This document shows positions 24,179 through 36,421 of a DNA stretch of 64,000 nucleotides, piece after piece; positions within the stretch are counted from its first letter, which is position 1, and each line of letters starts with the position of its first letter. A model generated the notes under the pieces. It was not told where the DNA came from. It searched no databases and saw only the letters and a program-made list of their open reading frames with translations. The DNA comes from Mobula hypostoma. Lineage: Eukaryota. The stretch covers positions 109,866,001 to 109,930,000 of the forward strand of contig NC_086097.1 in the NCBI RefSeq assembly GCF_963921235.1, given 5' to 3'. Both the position numbers and the translations under genes were made by a program.

Positions 24179-25429
24179 TCTTCATTATATTTCTACTATC
24201 AATCTGACTAACAAAATATAAACCAAGAACAAAGTTAATTGTTTTTATATGCCAAACTTTTCCCCAAGTACTCACTAATATTTTATTACAAAGTTGATTG
24301 TGTAGCAACTCCATAGCCATAATGTTTGTCTGGAGTCTTCTTTGGGACTGTTCCTACAAAGACCAGTCAGAGGTTTTAGAATTGTCCATTCTCTTGTTGT
24401 CTTCTCATTGATTAACTTGATGTTTATCATTTCACTTAATCCTAAACAATACTGTTCTATGTCTTCAGTCATTTTTCTTTCTTTTCCATCCACAGCTTGG
24501 ATGCTCAGCAGGTAAAACCTTTGTAACACCTGACTTGAAGACACCATAGTGGACCCCTACCACTAAAAATTTGAATGAAGATTCAGGTGCACACTTCCAA
24601 CTGCAGGTATGCATGATGCTAACGTGAATGAAGATACTCAAGTTCACACATTAACTGCAAAAAGATAAATATCGGGTAAATTATGATGTCAGTCAGCCCT
24701 GATGTGATGTGAACCGAGTTATTTTCAAATGTATAATATAAATGGCATTCACTTCAGCTATGCTCCTCATGCTACTATACACCTCTATAAAGTCACTTCT
24801 CAGTCTCCTATGCTCCAGGGAATAAAGTCCTAGCCTGCCCAACTTCTCCTGGTAAGTCAGGCCTCAAGTGCAGGCAACATTCCCGTAAATGCTCGCAACT
24901 GGAGTCTGTCAGTGCTAGCTAATTATTGTTGGACACTTAAGCAAGAAGCCTCAGATACTGAGTACAAATTAAAATCATCAACAAAACATTTTTAAACTTG
25001 TTGAACTATTGCAAAGCATCAACATCGTTAAGCAATTAAACTTCATATTCAATAAAAGTTAATTTCTTGCTTCTTCAAATTCCTATGTAGTCTGATGTTA
25101 TATTTGTGTTCAGCTTCAAGCAGTCTCTCATAAACAGAAAAAACTCTGTGGAAGCAATGCCTCAGGAAAAAAAATTGCTGTCCAGTGCTGTTAGTGGAGG
25201 AACAGTCATAGTAAGAAAGACTATACCACAGCGTCTTTACAGCCATTCTCTAAGTGATGTAATAATTCACTTGCAATCCATAAACTCAGCTGCTCCCCCC
25301 ATTTCCCAGGTCTCACATTTCTTTCCTCTATCACTGGCCATCACATCTTCCCTCCCAACAGCAGAGAAACACTTATTGGAAAACGTGCACTCTGATCAGT
25401 TTTTGTAAATTTGATTATTACTGACCTAT

Positions 25430-26330
25430 CGTCAAGGAGAGCATATGAAAGGTTTAAAGCTCTAGTGTGAGAGGCCATTCTGAAGAAAGGACTGCTTTGA
25501 GGTTGAAGTGCTGAGTTTGAGGCTGTAGAAAGGGAGGCTGTGGTGAGAAGTCTAAGTGGTGACAAGATAAGGTCTTTCCTCTTCTTCTGAACAGAGTAGT
25601 AACTTGAGAAGTAGTAATAACAGTCAGTGGCTTGGTATGGTCCTCCATGAAATGTGGGAGATTGGTGAGGGGACGCCCAGCATCTCTAATGATTATGTCC
25701 ACTGCTATCCTCTAAGTTGCGTGGGTGCATGGCCGTACAGTAACTGCAAAGCTTCCACGCACATAGCCCTTGTTGCCATGCAGCTGGAATATTCTTTTAT
25801 ATTTAATATACAGGAAGTGTAAAAAATTCCTGCTCAGAATAATTGTTGGTCTGCGCGGCTGTAAAAAAATTTAGAGGGAACATTGATGTCCACAGGAAGC
25901 TGCACTTCCTGTCAGACTGCATGGATCGATAGGAGTGACAGCTGGACTCACTGAGTCACAAGCAGGAGGCTGTAAACACCTTGGACAGAACTGTCAGGGA
26001 ACTCCTGCGCCTCTCCCCCAACTGGTTCAGCCAGAGGGTAGGTGGGTGACCACCAGGAGAGGTCTGCAGGCAGTGCAGGAGTTCCCTATGGCTAGGACCC
26101 TCTTTAAGAGATAAACTAGTTGGGGGAGAGGTCGCTTGAGAAAGATGACCAGAAGCTAAGTCACAACTGATTGTGTTGTGTAGCAGGAAAGGACAATGTC
26201 CATACAATCAGTTGTGACAGGAGATTTGATAACCAGGGTACAGAAGGATGTTTCCGTAGCTATGAAAGATACTCCAGGATAATGTATTACTTCCCCAATG
26301 CCAGAATCAATGAGTGGTTTCAGATCATTT
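25430..26330 (+). mobile_element. Degenerate CR1 5' region (ORF1 zinc-finger/esterase relic)
   Basis: EMWEIGEGTPSISNDYV..RK motif and an IGDS-like relic (gtgacaggagatttgataaccaggg). Confidence 0.5.
25703..25885. mobile_element. hAT MITE with the same TIR type as 18702-19318
   Basis: Right TIR TTAGAGGGAACATTG; left TIR decayed (tgctatcctctaag); 8-bp TSD ATGTCCAC at 25695-25702 and 25886-25893. Confidence 0.7.
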
Positions 26331-26589
26331 CGAAAGGACATTAAACACACATCCTTCAGTACTTGACATTTCTCTCCAGGGAAAATGATCTTGTCTCCCC
26401 TTTCTATGCCTCTCATCACTTTATAAACTTATATCTCGTCTCCCTGCAGCCTCTGGGGCTCCAGTGAACTCAACCTAAGTTTGTCTAACCTCATCTTATA
26501 GCTTCCTTGCTTTAATCCAGGCAGAATTCTGGTTAAAGCCCTTCTGCACTTGGCAATTAGAGTCAATGTACAGTAGTAAAGGAGTGCTT

Positions 26590-28530
26590 TTACTTATTCT
26601 AAACAGTACCACAGGGATTGATACTGGTGCCAATGTTGTTTACCGTGTGTATCAGTGACTGGACAGAATGTAACGTGAACAATGTCAAAGAGCAAAAGAA
26701 TACCCCTACACTTCTTAGCTAATGGGTACAAGAACAGCCAGTCTCTTAAGCAACTTGGTAAACCCTGCAAAGCCAGCAAGCAAGACGTTTGATGAAATCA
26801 TTACAACTTTACAAAATCACTTGAGCTATAAACCATTGGCAATAGTAGAAGCCATTCACGTATGTGTAGATTTCAAGGTGAGAATCAACCCAGTTCTGCG
26901 CACTGTGCAGTATCCCCTGCCACAAATAGAAGACATTTTTGTATCTTTGGCAGGCAGGGAGAGCTTTTCAAAGATTAACTTGTCACAAGCCTATCTTCAA
27001 ATGGAGATCAAGGAGTCAAGCGTTGATTGTGAGGAACTTTCTAACACTCATAAGGGGTTGTTTCAGCATAATTGCCTAGTCTTTGGCATTGCACCAGCTC
27101 CAGCAATTTGGCAAAGAGCATTGGACCAAGTGCTCCAAGATATCCCAGGAACACAATGTTACCTTGGTGACATCTTCTGACTGGCAAAAATGATGACGAG
27201 CACCTCCAGAACCTCGGTAAAGTTCTTACCAGACTGAGTGAGTATAGTCTGCACGCAAAGAGAGAGTAATGTGTGCTTTTCAAGAATGAAATCTCACAAT
27301 GTAGACATGTCATTGACAAGTACGGCTTACATAAGTCACAAGAGAAGACTGAAATAGTGCTATGGTCACCCATACCAGAAAATGTGTCATAACTCAGGTC
27401 ACACTTGGGCCTTGTAAACTACTACCACCAGTTTCTCCCAGACATTGCTGCAGTGCTGCATCCATTGAACACACTGTTACAGACAGGAGCAAAGTGGGAA
27501 TGGTCAGAATGGTCAGAAAGATGGAAAAAGTATTCAAGGAAACAAAGAGACTAGTAACATCTGATAAACTGCTTACCCATTATGTCCCATCCTTGCCCAT
27601 CAGACTGGCGTGCGATGTGTCTCCTTATGGCATTGGAGTTGTTTTGTCACACATTTTGAAAGATGGATCTGAATGCCCAATTTTATTTGCTTCAAGATCA
27701 CCAACGAGTGCAGAATGCAACAGAACACAGATCAACCGAGAGGCCCTTAGTCTAGTATGTGGAATAAAGAAGCAAATAAAGCAAAAGAGCTACTATGACA
27801 GACATACAAGACAGTTGCCAGATCTGCATACAGGTGAAAGTGTCAGAATACAGATAGGAGACACTTGGCAACCAGCTGTGGTAGTGAACAGACAGCAGCA
27901 ACCAAGATCCTTCATAGTTCGCATGCCGGATGGAAGAGTCTACAGGAGGAACAGGAAGCATCTGTACAACCACTACATCTATGGACAAACATTTACTCTT
28001 GTGACAGATCACCAGCCCCCTGTGTCCATTTTCAATCCCAGGAAGGGAATTCCAGTGATGATTGTGTCCCAGTTACGACATTGGGCACTATTCCTAGGAG
28101 CCCTCTCTTATGACATGGGTACCAAACAACACAGCAAAGATGAAGGCTTGTCATGTCTTTCACTATTAGCAACTGAAGAAGGAAAGCTGGCAGAAGTGTT
28201 CCATACCACATAGGTGGACCAGTTGCTGGTAACAAATTCTGAAATACAAAGGGTAATTAGGAATGACCCGTCATTGCCAAAGTTCGATGCAATCACCATG
28301 CAAGGATGGCCAGCTCATGGTAACTCTATGTTCTCAGAGTTCTCAGCAAGACAAGACCAACTGTCGGTATGTCAAAGAATGCTGATGTGTGGATCTCGTG
28401 TTGTGGTTCCCTCTAAACTACACAGCAGAGTGGTAGAAAATCTGCATGAAGGACACCTGGGTACACTCTTGATGAAGAGCCTCACTCAGAGCTAAATGTG
28501 GTGGCAGGGTATAGATGAACTGATTGAAGA
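26590..28530 (+). mobile_element. Ty3/Gypsy internal relic, copy 1 (gag, RT, RNase H, integrase zinc-finger region)
   Basis: KTFDEIITTLQNHL (gag) fused by deletion to DFKVRINP..QYPLPQIEDIF..LSQAYLQ (RT); LACDVSPYGIGVVLSH (RNase H); LHEGHLG..MKSL..WW (integrase). Confidence 0.88.
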
Positions 28531-28539
28531 ATCATGCTA

Positions 28540-29820
28540 TATGGGTATGTGTTTGTCTATCTCAACGACATCCTCACCTTCTCCAAAGACCTCCAAGACT
28601 ACGTCTGACACAATCTGTTCAGTCCTTCGGAGTCTCCTCAAAAACCAACTGTACTGGAAGTCAGAAAAATGTCAGTCATTTCCTTCTGGGGTTATGTCCT
28701 TTCACTCCAAGGCATAACCATGGACCCAGAAGAAGTGTGCGCCATTGTTGAATTGTCCTGACTGCGCTCCCATAAACAGCTACAGAGATTCATGGGCTTC
28801 TCCAACTTCTACCACTATTTCACCAGGAACTACCGACAAATCACCTGCCTCATGGATAACCTGATCTACTGCCATGGACCACACTTTTAAGGAGCTCAAG
28901 AGACACTTCACCTCTGCTCCCATTCTCTACCATCCAAACCCCTCTGGACCTTTTCTGGTAGAGGTGTATGCATCTGACGTGGGCACCAGGGTCATCCTCT
29001 CCAAGTGAGGACCAAATAATTTTGTGCCTTCTTCTCACATAAGCTCAACTTTACAGACCACCGTTAAGGAGTAGGAGACTGGGAGCTACTCATCATTAAA
29101 TGGGCCTTGGAGGAATAGAGACATTGGCTGATGGGAAACACTGAGCCCTTCCTGATCTGTCTGGCCACCAGATCCTCATATCAATTCAACAGACCCACCA
29201 ACTCAACCCACGTCAGGCTCACTGAACGCTCTTCTTGAAGCAATTCCACTTAACCATCTCCTACCAACCTGGCGCTAAGAACACTAAGGCGGACACCCTG
29301 TCATGACAGCTTGAGCAGGCGGAAACGGACATCGACCCTCACCCCATCATTCCATCCTTGCAGTTCCTCATTCCAATTGCCTGGAGCCTTGAGAACGAGA
29401 TCTGCCAGGCCATGCACTAATTAATTAATTAATTAATTAGCGATACCCCATGGAATAGACCCTTCTGGCCCTTATAACCACTCCTGAAAACCTTGAATTA
29501 ACTCTAACCTAATCACAGGACAGTTTACAATGATCAATTAACGTACCTGATACATCTTTGGACTGTGGGAGGGAACTGGAGGACCCAGAGAAAAACTGTG
29601 GGGAAGACATATAGAGACTCCTTACAGAGGACGGCAGGATTGAACCCCGAACTCCAAAGCCCTGAGCTGTAATAGCTTTTTACTAATCACTATGCTTCCA
29701 TGGTCCCACATTGCCATGGATTTTATCATGGGTCGCTTCATTGCTTTCCCCAGAGTTCTGTCAGCCACTGAGACGGACCTGATTCTCCAATATATAGTTC
29801 ACCTCCATTGCTTCACCTCA
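28540..29820 (+). mobile_element. Second Gypsy family (Sushi/chromovirus-like) pol relic, interrupted by a SINE
   Basis: VFVYLNDILTFSK (YLDD region), [12 protein letters not shown] (RNase H), PWSHIAMDFI (integrase). Confidence 0.75.
29420..29695 (-). mobile_element. HE1/V-SINE-like element
   Basis: ctttggactgtgggagggaactggaggacccagagaaa...gcaggattgaaccccg (antisense V-domain and tRNA-like head). Confidence 0.65.
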
Positions 29821-29821
29821 G

Positions 29822-31390
29822 AGAATCAGAATCATAGTCAGAATCAAGCTTTTATCATTAACATATGTCGTGAAATTTGTTGGCTTATGGCAACAGTACA
29901 GTGCAATACATAAACGTTACTATAAAATAAGGATATATTTCTTAAAATTAGTGTAAAAAGACAGCAAAATAAGCAAGCTGTGTTCATGGATCATTCAGAA
30001 CTCTAATGTTGGAAGGGAAGAAGCTGTTTCTAAAACATTGCAAATTGGGGGACCACTAGGTCGAACACCTCTGCTCCATCCACCAAAAGTGGAAATTCCT
30101 GCTGGCCAAACATTTCAATTCCAGTTCCCATTCCTGTTCTGACATGTTGGTCCATGGCCTCCTCTTAAGCCAAGATGAAGGAACAACACCTTATATTCTG
30201 TCTGTCATGCTATTCTGATGGCATGGGCATCGATTTCTCCTTCAGGTAAAAAAAAATGTTTTCTTCCCCACTTCCCTCTTCCTCCGTTCCCCACTCTGGC
30301 CTTTTACCTCTTCTCACCTGCGTATCACTTTCCCTTGGGTTTCCTCCTCTTCCCTTTCTCCTATGTTCCACTCTCCTTTTCTATTAGATTCCTTCTTCTC
30401 CAGCCCTTTACCTTTCCCACCCATCTGGCTTCACCTAGCACCTATCACCTTCCATCTATCCTCCTTCCCTTCACCCAACCTTTTTAATCTGGCATCTCCC
30501 CCCTTCCTTCTCATTCCTGTAGAAGGGTCTCAGTCCAAAATGTCAACTGTTTACTCAACATTCCTCCAACATTTTGTGTATGTTGCTTTTCAAATGCTCA
30601 GTGTGTTTCTTCAGGCTTGTGTACTTCCTCATCCTCATTGTAATGGATGCCACCTTCTTGAGGCCTTGCCTTAATGCTGGGGAGGCTAGTTCCCATGATG
30701 GAGCTGGCTGCGTTTGCAACCCTTTGTAACTTTTACCAATGATAGTTATTGGATCCTACATGCCAGACAGTAATGCAACCAGTCAGAATTCTCCCCATGG
30801 TTCATCTGTGGAAATTTACTAGAATCTTTGGTGACAAAGCAAATCTCCTCAAACTCCTAATGAAATATAGCCACTGCATGCCTTCTTCATAATTGCATCA
30901 ATATGCTGGGGCCAGGTTAGTCCTTTGGAGATGTTCACACACAGGAACTCGAAACTGCTCACCCTTTCCACCGCTGACCCCTTGATCAGGACTGATGTGT
31001 ATTCATTTGATTTCCCCTTCCTGAGGTCCACAATGAGTTCCTAGATCTTCCTGATGTTGAGTACGAGATTGTTGTTGTGACTCCACTCAGCCAGCTGATC
31101 TGTCTCACCCCTGCACACTTCCACTTCACCATCTGAAATGCTGCTAACAGCAACGCGTGTTATTGGAGAATTTATAGATGGTGCTTATGTTGTACCTAGC
31201 AACACATTCATGCGTGTAAAAAGAGTAGAGCAACAGGCTAAACATGGAGCCTTGAGGTGCACCAGTGTTGAATATCGACGAATATCAGTGAATGTTATTT
31301 CCAATCCACACTGACTGTAGTCTCCTGACGAGGAAATCAAGGAACCAGTTGCAGAAAGAGATATGGAGGCCCAGGCCAGGCATTGGGTGT
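29822..31390 (-). mobile_element. Degenerate Rex1/Babar LINE with a nested Penelope fragment
   Basis: agaatcagaatc tail at 29822; minus-strand AVERVSSFEFL..ISKGLTWPQHIDAIMKKA. Confidence 0.8.
30040..30590 (+). mobile_element. Penelope-like GIY-YIG end plus pLTR (hammerhead decayed)
   Basis: Similar to 730-1330 (catttcaattcc...tcccattcctgttctgacatgttggtccatggcctcc; agggtctcagtccaaaatgtcaactgtttactc). Confidence 0.75.
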
Positions 31391-31794
31391 AGGTGGAAAG
31401 TACAGCCATTGTAAAGGAGAGGACATGGCATCAGATTCACAGCTTGAGTTGAAATAGGACAAGCAGTTCATGCAGCAAAAGATTATGTTCAAGCCAAGAA
31501 AGCAACTTTAAAGGAGATAAGGCTCTATGTAACCATGTGAGTCCAAATCATGTGACTGAATAAGCAAAGGCTAAACGCAGTTTGCCCTATGTGAACTTAA
31601 GAAAGCACAAAATATTTGCTTATTTCCCTTCAGGACAATGACAATGAATGATACATTCAATTACTCCTCCCTAATTGTTCTCTGTGCTTCCCAGATGTAC
31701 GATCTGTAGCAACTTTTTCCCTTTCACAGTAACTCTGTGAAAGTCCTCTGCTTTAGAAGCCCGGTAATGTCATCAAAGTGCCACTTGAAAGATG

Positions 31795-33151
31795 CTTTCT
31801 GGAAATCAAATCATTAGAAAGAGGTGACATAGGGGCGGAAGGTGTTGAATCATTGTGGATAGAGCTAAGGAACTGCAAGGTTAAAAGGACACTGATGGGA
31901 GTGGTATACAGACCCACAAACAGTAATAAGGATGAGGCCTACAAATTAAAACAGAAGATAGAAAAAACATGCCAAAAGGACAATGTTACAATAGCCATGG
32001 GGGACTTCAATATGCAGCTAGATTGGGAAAATCAGGTTGGTGCTGGATTACAGGAGAGGGAAATTCTAGACTGCCTATAAATTGGCTTTTTAGAGCAGCT
32101 TGTCGTTGAGCCCACTAGATGATCAGCTGTCCTGGACTGGGTGTTCTACAATGAACCAGAATTGATTAAAGACCTTAAAGTAATAGAATTGTTAGCAGAA
32201 AGTGATCATATTATGATTGAATTCACCCTGAAATTTGAGAAGCAGAAACTAAATCAGATACATCAGTATTACAATGGAGTAAACAGAATTACAGAGGCAT
32301 GAGAGAGGAGTTGGCCAGAATTGATTTGAAAAGAATACTGGCCAGGATGATGGCAGAGCAGCAATGGTTGGAAGTTGGAAGCTACAGCATATATACATCC
32401 CAAAGAGGAAGAAGTATTCTAAAGGCAAGGTGACACAACCACAGCTAACACAGGAGGTCAAAGCCAGCATAAAAGCCAAAAAGAGGACATATAATAGATC
32501 AAAATTACTGGGAAGTTAGGGGATTGGCAAATGGTTAAAAACCAACAGAAGGCAACTAAAAATGTCTTTAAGAAGTTAAAGATGGAATTTGGAAGTAACT
32601 ACAGTAGTCAATAATATTAAAGAGGATACGAAAAGTTTCTTCAGATACATAATATATAAAAGAGAAGTGAGAGTGGATTTTGGACCACTGGAAGACAATG
32701 TTGGAGGGGTAGAAATGAGGGGAAATGAAATATTGGACCAACTGAACAAGTATTTTACTTCAGTCTTCGCTGTGGAAGACACCAGCAGTAGGACAGAAGT
32801 TCCAGATGTCAGGCGTCATGAAGTGTGTGAAGTTACCATAACTAGAGAGAAGCTTTTGGGAAACAGAAAGGTCTGAAGGTAGGTATGTCACCTGGACCAG
32901 GTGGTATACACCATAGAGTTCTGAAAGAGGTGGCTGAAGGGATTGTGGAGGCATTAGTAATGATCATTAAAGAATCTCTATATTCTGGAAAGGTTGTAGT
33001 GGACTGGAAAATTGCAAATGTCACTCCACTTGTCAAGAAGGGAGAGAAGTGGAAGAACAGAAACTGTAGGCCAGTTACCTCCAACCTCAGTGGTTGGGAT
33101 AATGTTGGAGTCGATTATTAAGGCTGAGGTTTCAGGGTACTTGGAAGCACG
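31795..33151 (+). mobile_element. Degenerate CR1 LINE (family C), APE to start of RT
   Basis: VESLWIELRN..GVVYRP..MGDFN; SPGPGGIHHRVLKEVAE; DWKIANVTPL. Confidence 0.85.
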
Positions 33152-33974
33152 TCATTGGTGAGGTGATGGAGAAGATCCTGAGAGGCAGGATTATGAACAT
33201 TTGGAGAGGCATAATATGATTAGGAATAGTCAGCATGGCTTTGTCAAAGGCAGGTCATGCCTTAAGAGCCTGATTGAATTTTTTGAGGATGTGACTATGT
33301 GTGTTTGTCCATCGTCGACGTCGATGAGGACCTTGATACCATTATGATGGTGTCGAGACTAGCGCATGATTTGGATTAAAGAGAGGGAGAGTTGCGCAGC
33401 GTCAGCCTCACCCTCCTCTTCCCAATTCCCATCTGGATCCAGTGGCAAAACAGAGTTGAGACAATTGGAGATGGGACTAGGCACAGTGGATGACAAGGAC
33501 GTCTTCTGTGTCTTGTCCTGTTCTACACGTTCCACAGTGCTTGCAGAGACCGCCTTCTTGACCGTTAGACCTTCAATTGGTCTCATCCACTCAATCCGCC
33601 AGAGTCTGTCTTCAATGTGACAGAACACATTAATGAAGGTAGGGCAGTAGATGTAGTGTATATGAATTTCAGCAAGGCATTTGACAAGATACCCCTTGCA
33701 AGGCTTATTGAGAAAGTAAGGAGGCATAGGATCCAAGGGGACATTGCTTTATGGATCCAGAACTAGCTTGCCCACAGAAGGCAAAGAGTGGTTGTGAATG
33801 GGTCATTTTCTGCATGTAGGTCGGTCACCAGTGGTGTGCGTTCACGGATCTGTTCTGGGACTCTGACTCTTCATGATTTTCATAAATAACCTGGATGAAG
33901 AAGTGGAGGGATGGGTTGGTAAATTTGCTGGTGACACAAAGGTTGAAGGTGTTGTGAATAGTGTGGAGGGCTGT
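33152..33974 (+). mobile_element. Internal RT segment of CR1 family B, with a short insertion at 33297-33614
   Basis: MEKILRGR...NSQHGFVKGRSC..LIEFFEDVT...FSKAFDK...gagggctgt; the 3' part matches 7670-7990. Confidence 0.85.
33297..33614 (-). mobile_element. Short RTE-derived element with a 7-bp TSD
   Basis: TSD ATGTGAC (33289-33295 and 33615-33621); minus-strand end GATGGACAAACACACA typical of RTE tails. Confidence 0.65.
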
Positions 33975-36421
33975 CATAGAAACATAGAAACATAGAAAAT
34001 AGGTTCAGGAGTAGGCCATTCGGCCCTTCGAGCCTGCACCGCCATTTATTATGATCATGGCTGATCATCCAACTCAGAACCCCGCCCCAGCCTTCCCTCC
34101 ATACCCCCTGATCCCTGTAGCCACAAGGGCCATATCTAACTCCCTCTTAAATATAGCCAATGAACTGGCCTCAACTGTTTCCTGTGGCAGAGAATTCCAC
34201 AGATTCACCACTCTCTGTGTGAAGAAGTTTTTCCTAATCTCGGTCCTAAAAGGCTTCCCCTTTATCCTCAAACTGTGACCCCTCATTCTGGACTTCCCCA
34301 ACATCGGGAACAAGCTTCCTGCATCTAGCCTGTCCAATCCCTTTAGGATTTTATACGTTTCAATCAGATCCCCCCTCAATCTTCTAAATTCCAACGAGTA
34401 CAAGTCCAGTTCATCCAGTCTTTCTTCATATGAAAGTCCTGCCATCCCAGGAATCAATCTGGTGAACCTTCTTTGTACTCCCTCTATGGCAAGGATGTCT
34501 TTCCTCAGATTAGGGGACCAAAACTGCACACAATACTCCAGGTGTGGTCTCACCAAGGCCTTGTACAACTGCAGTAGTACGTCCCTGCTCCTGTACTCGA
34601 ATCCTCTCGCTATAAATGCCAGCATACCATTCGCCTTTTTCACCGCCTGCTGTACCTGCATGCCCACTTTCAATGACTGGTGTATAATGACACCCAGGTC
34701 TCGTTGCACCTCCCCTTTTCCTAATCGGCCACCATTCAGATAATAATCTGTTTTCCTATTTTTGCCACCAAAGTGGATGACTTCACATTTATCCACATTA
34801 AATTGCATCTGCCATGAATTTGCCCACTCACCCAACCTATCCAAGTCACTCTGCATCCTCTTAGCATCCTCCTCACAGCTAACACTGCCACCCAGCTTCG
34901 TGTCATCCGCAAACTTGGAGATGCTGCATTTAATTCCCTCATCCAAGTCAGTAATATATATTGTAAACAACTGGGGTCCCAGCACTGAGCCTTGCGGTAC
35001 CCCACTAGTCACTGCCTGCCATTCTGAAAAGGTCCCGTTTATTCCCACTCTTTGCTTCCTGTCTGCTAACCAATTCTCCATCCACATCAATACCTTACCC
35101 CCAATACCGTGTGCTTTAAGTTTGCACACTAATCTCCTGTGTGAGACCTTGTCAAAAGCCTTTTGAAAATCCAAATATACCACATCCACTGGTTCTCCCC
35201 TATCCACGCTACTAGTTACATCCTCAAAAAATTCTATGAGATTCGTCAGACATGATTTTCCTTTCACAAATCCATGCTGACTTTGTCCGATGATTTCACC
35301 GCTTTCCAAATGTGCTGTTATCACATCTTTGATAACTGACTCCAGCAGTTTCCCACCACCGACGTTAGGCTAACCGGTCTATAATTCCCTGGTTTCTCTC
35401 TCCCTCCTTTTTTAAAAAGTGGGGTTACATTAGTCACCCTCCAATCCTTAGGAACTAGTCCAGAATCTAATGAGTTTTGAAAAATTATCACTAATGCATC
35501 CATTATTTCTTGGGCTATTTCCTTAAGCACTCTAGGATGCAGACCATCTGGCCCTGGGGATTTATCTGCCTTCAATCCCTTCAATTTACCTAACACCACT
35601 TCCCTACTAACATGTATTTCGCTCAGTTCCTCCATCTCACTGGACCCTCTGTCCCCTACTATGTCTGGAAGATTATTTATGTCCTCCTTAGTGAAGACAG
35701 AACCAAAGTAATTATTCAATTGGTCTGCCATGTCCTTGCTCCCCATAATAAATTTACCTGTTTCTGTCTGTAGGGGACCTACATTTGTCTTCACCAGTCT
35801 TTTCCTTTTTAAATATCTATAAAAGCTTTTACATTCAGTTTTTATGTTCCCTGCCAGTTTTCTCTCATAATCTTTTTTCCTCTTTCTAATTAAGCCCTTT
35901 GTCCTCCTCTGCTGAACTCTGAACTTCTCCCAGTCCTTAGGTGAGCCACTTTTTCTGGCTAATTTGTATGCTTCTTCTTTGGAATTGATACTATCCCTAA
36001 TTTCTCTTGTCAGCCACGGGTGCACTACCTTCCTTGATTTATTCTTTTGCCAAACTGGGATGAACAATTGTTGTAGTTCATCCATGCAACCTTTAAATTC
36101 TTGCCATTGCATATCCACCGTCAATCCTGTAAGTGTCATTTGCCAGTCTATCTTAGCTAATTCATGTCTCATACCTTCAAAGTTACCCCTCTTTAAGTTC
36201 AGAACCTTTGTTTCTGAATTAACTATGTCACTCTCCATATTAATGAAGAATTCCACCATATTATGGTCACTCTTACCCAAGGGGCCTCTCACGACAAGAT
36301 TGCTAATTAACCCTTCCTCATTGCTCAAAACCCAGTCCAGAATGGCCTGCTCTCTAGTTGGTTCCTCGACATGTTGGTTCAAAAAACCATCCCGCATACA
36401 TTCCAAGAAATCCTCTTCATC
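33975..36421 (-). mobile_element. Young 5'-truncated CR1 LINE (family A) with a single frameshift
   Basis: ORFs 35321-36487 and 34074-35324 join after restoring one base at ~35352 (tttccc vs tttcccc). Includes the APE C-terminus (GKSDHNMV) and FADDTK; (CATAGAAA)n at 33975. Confidence 0.97.

Noticed and set aside
29640..29695. tRNA genes suggested by B-box-like motifs (also ~40560, ~45315)
   Set aside because: They are decayed SINE heads; no cloverleaf can be formed.
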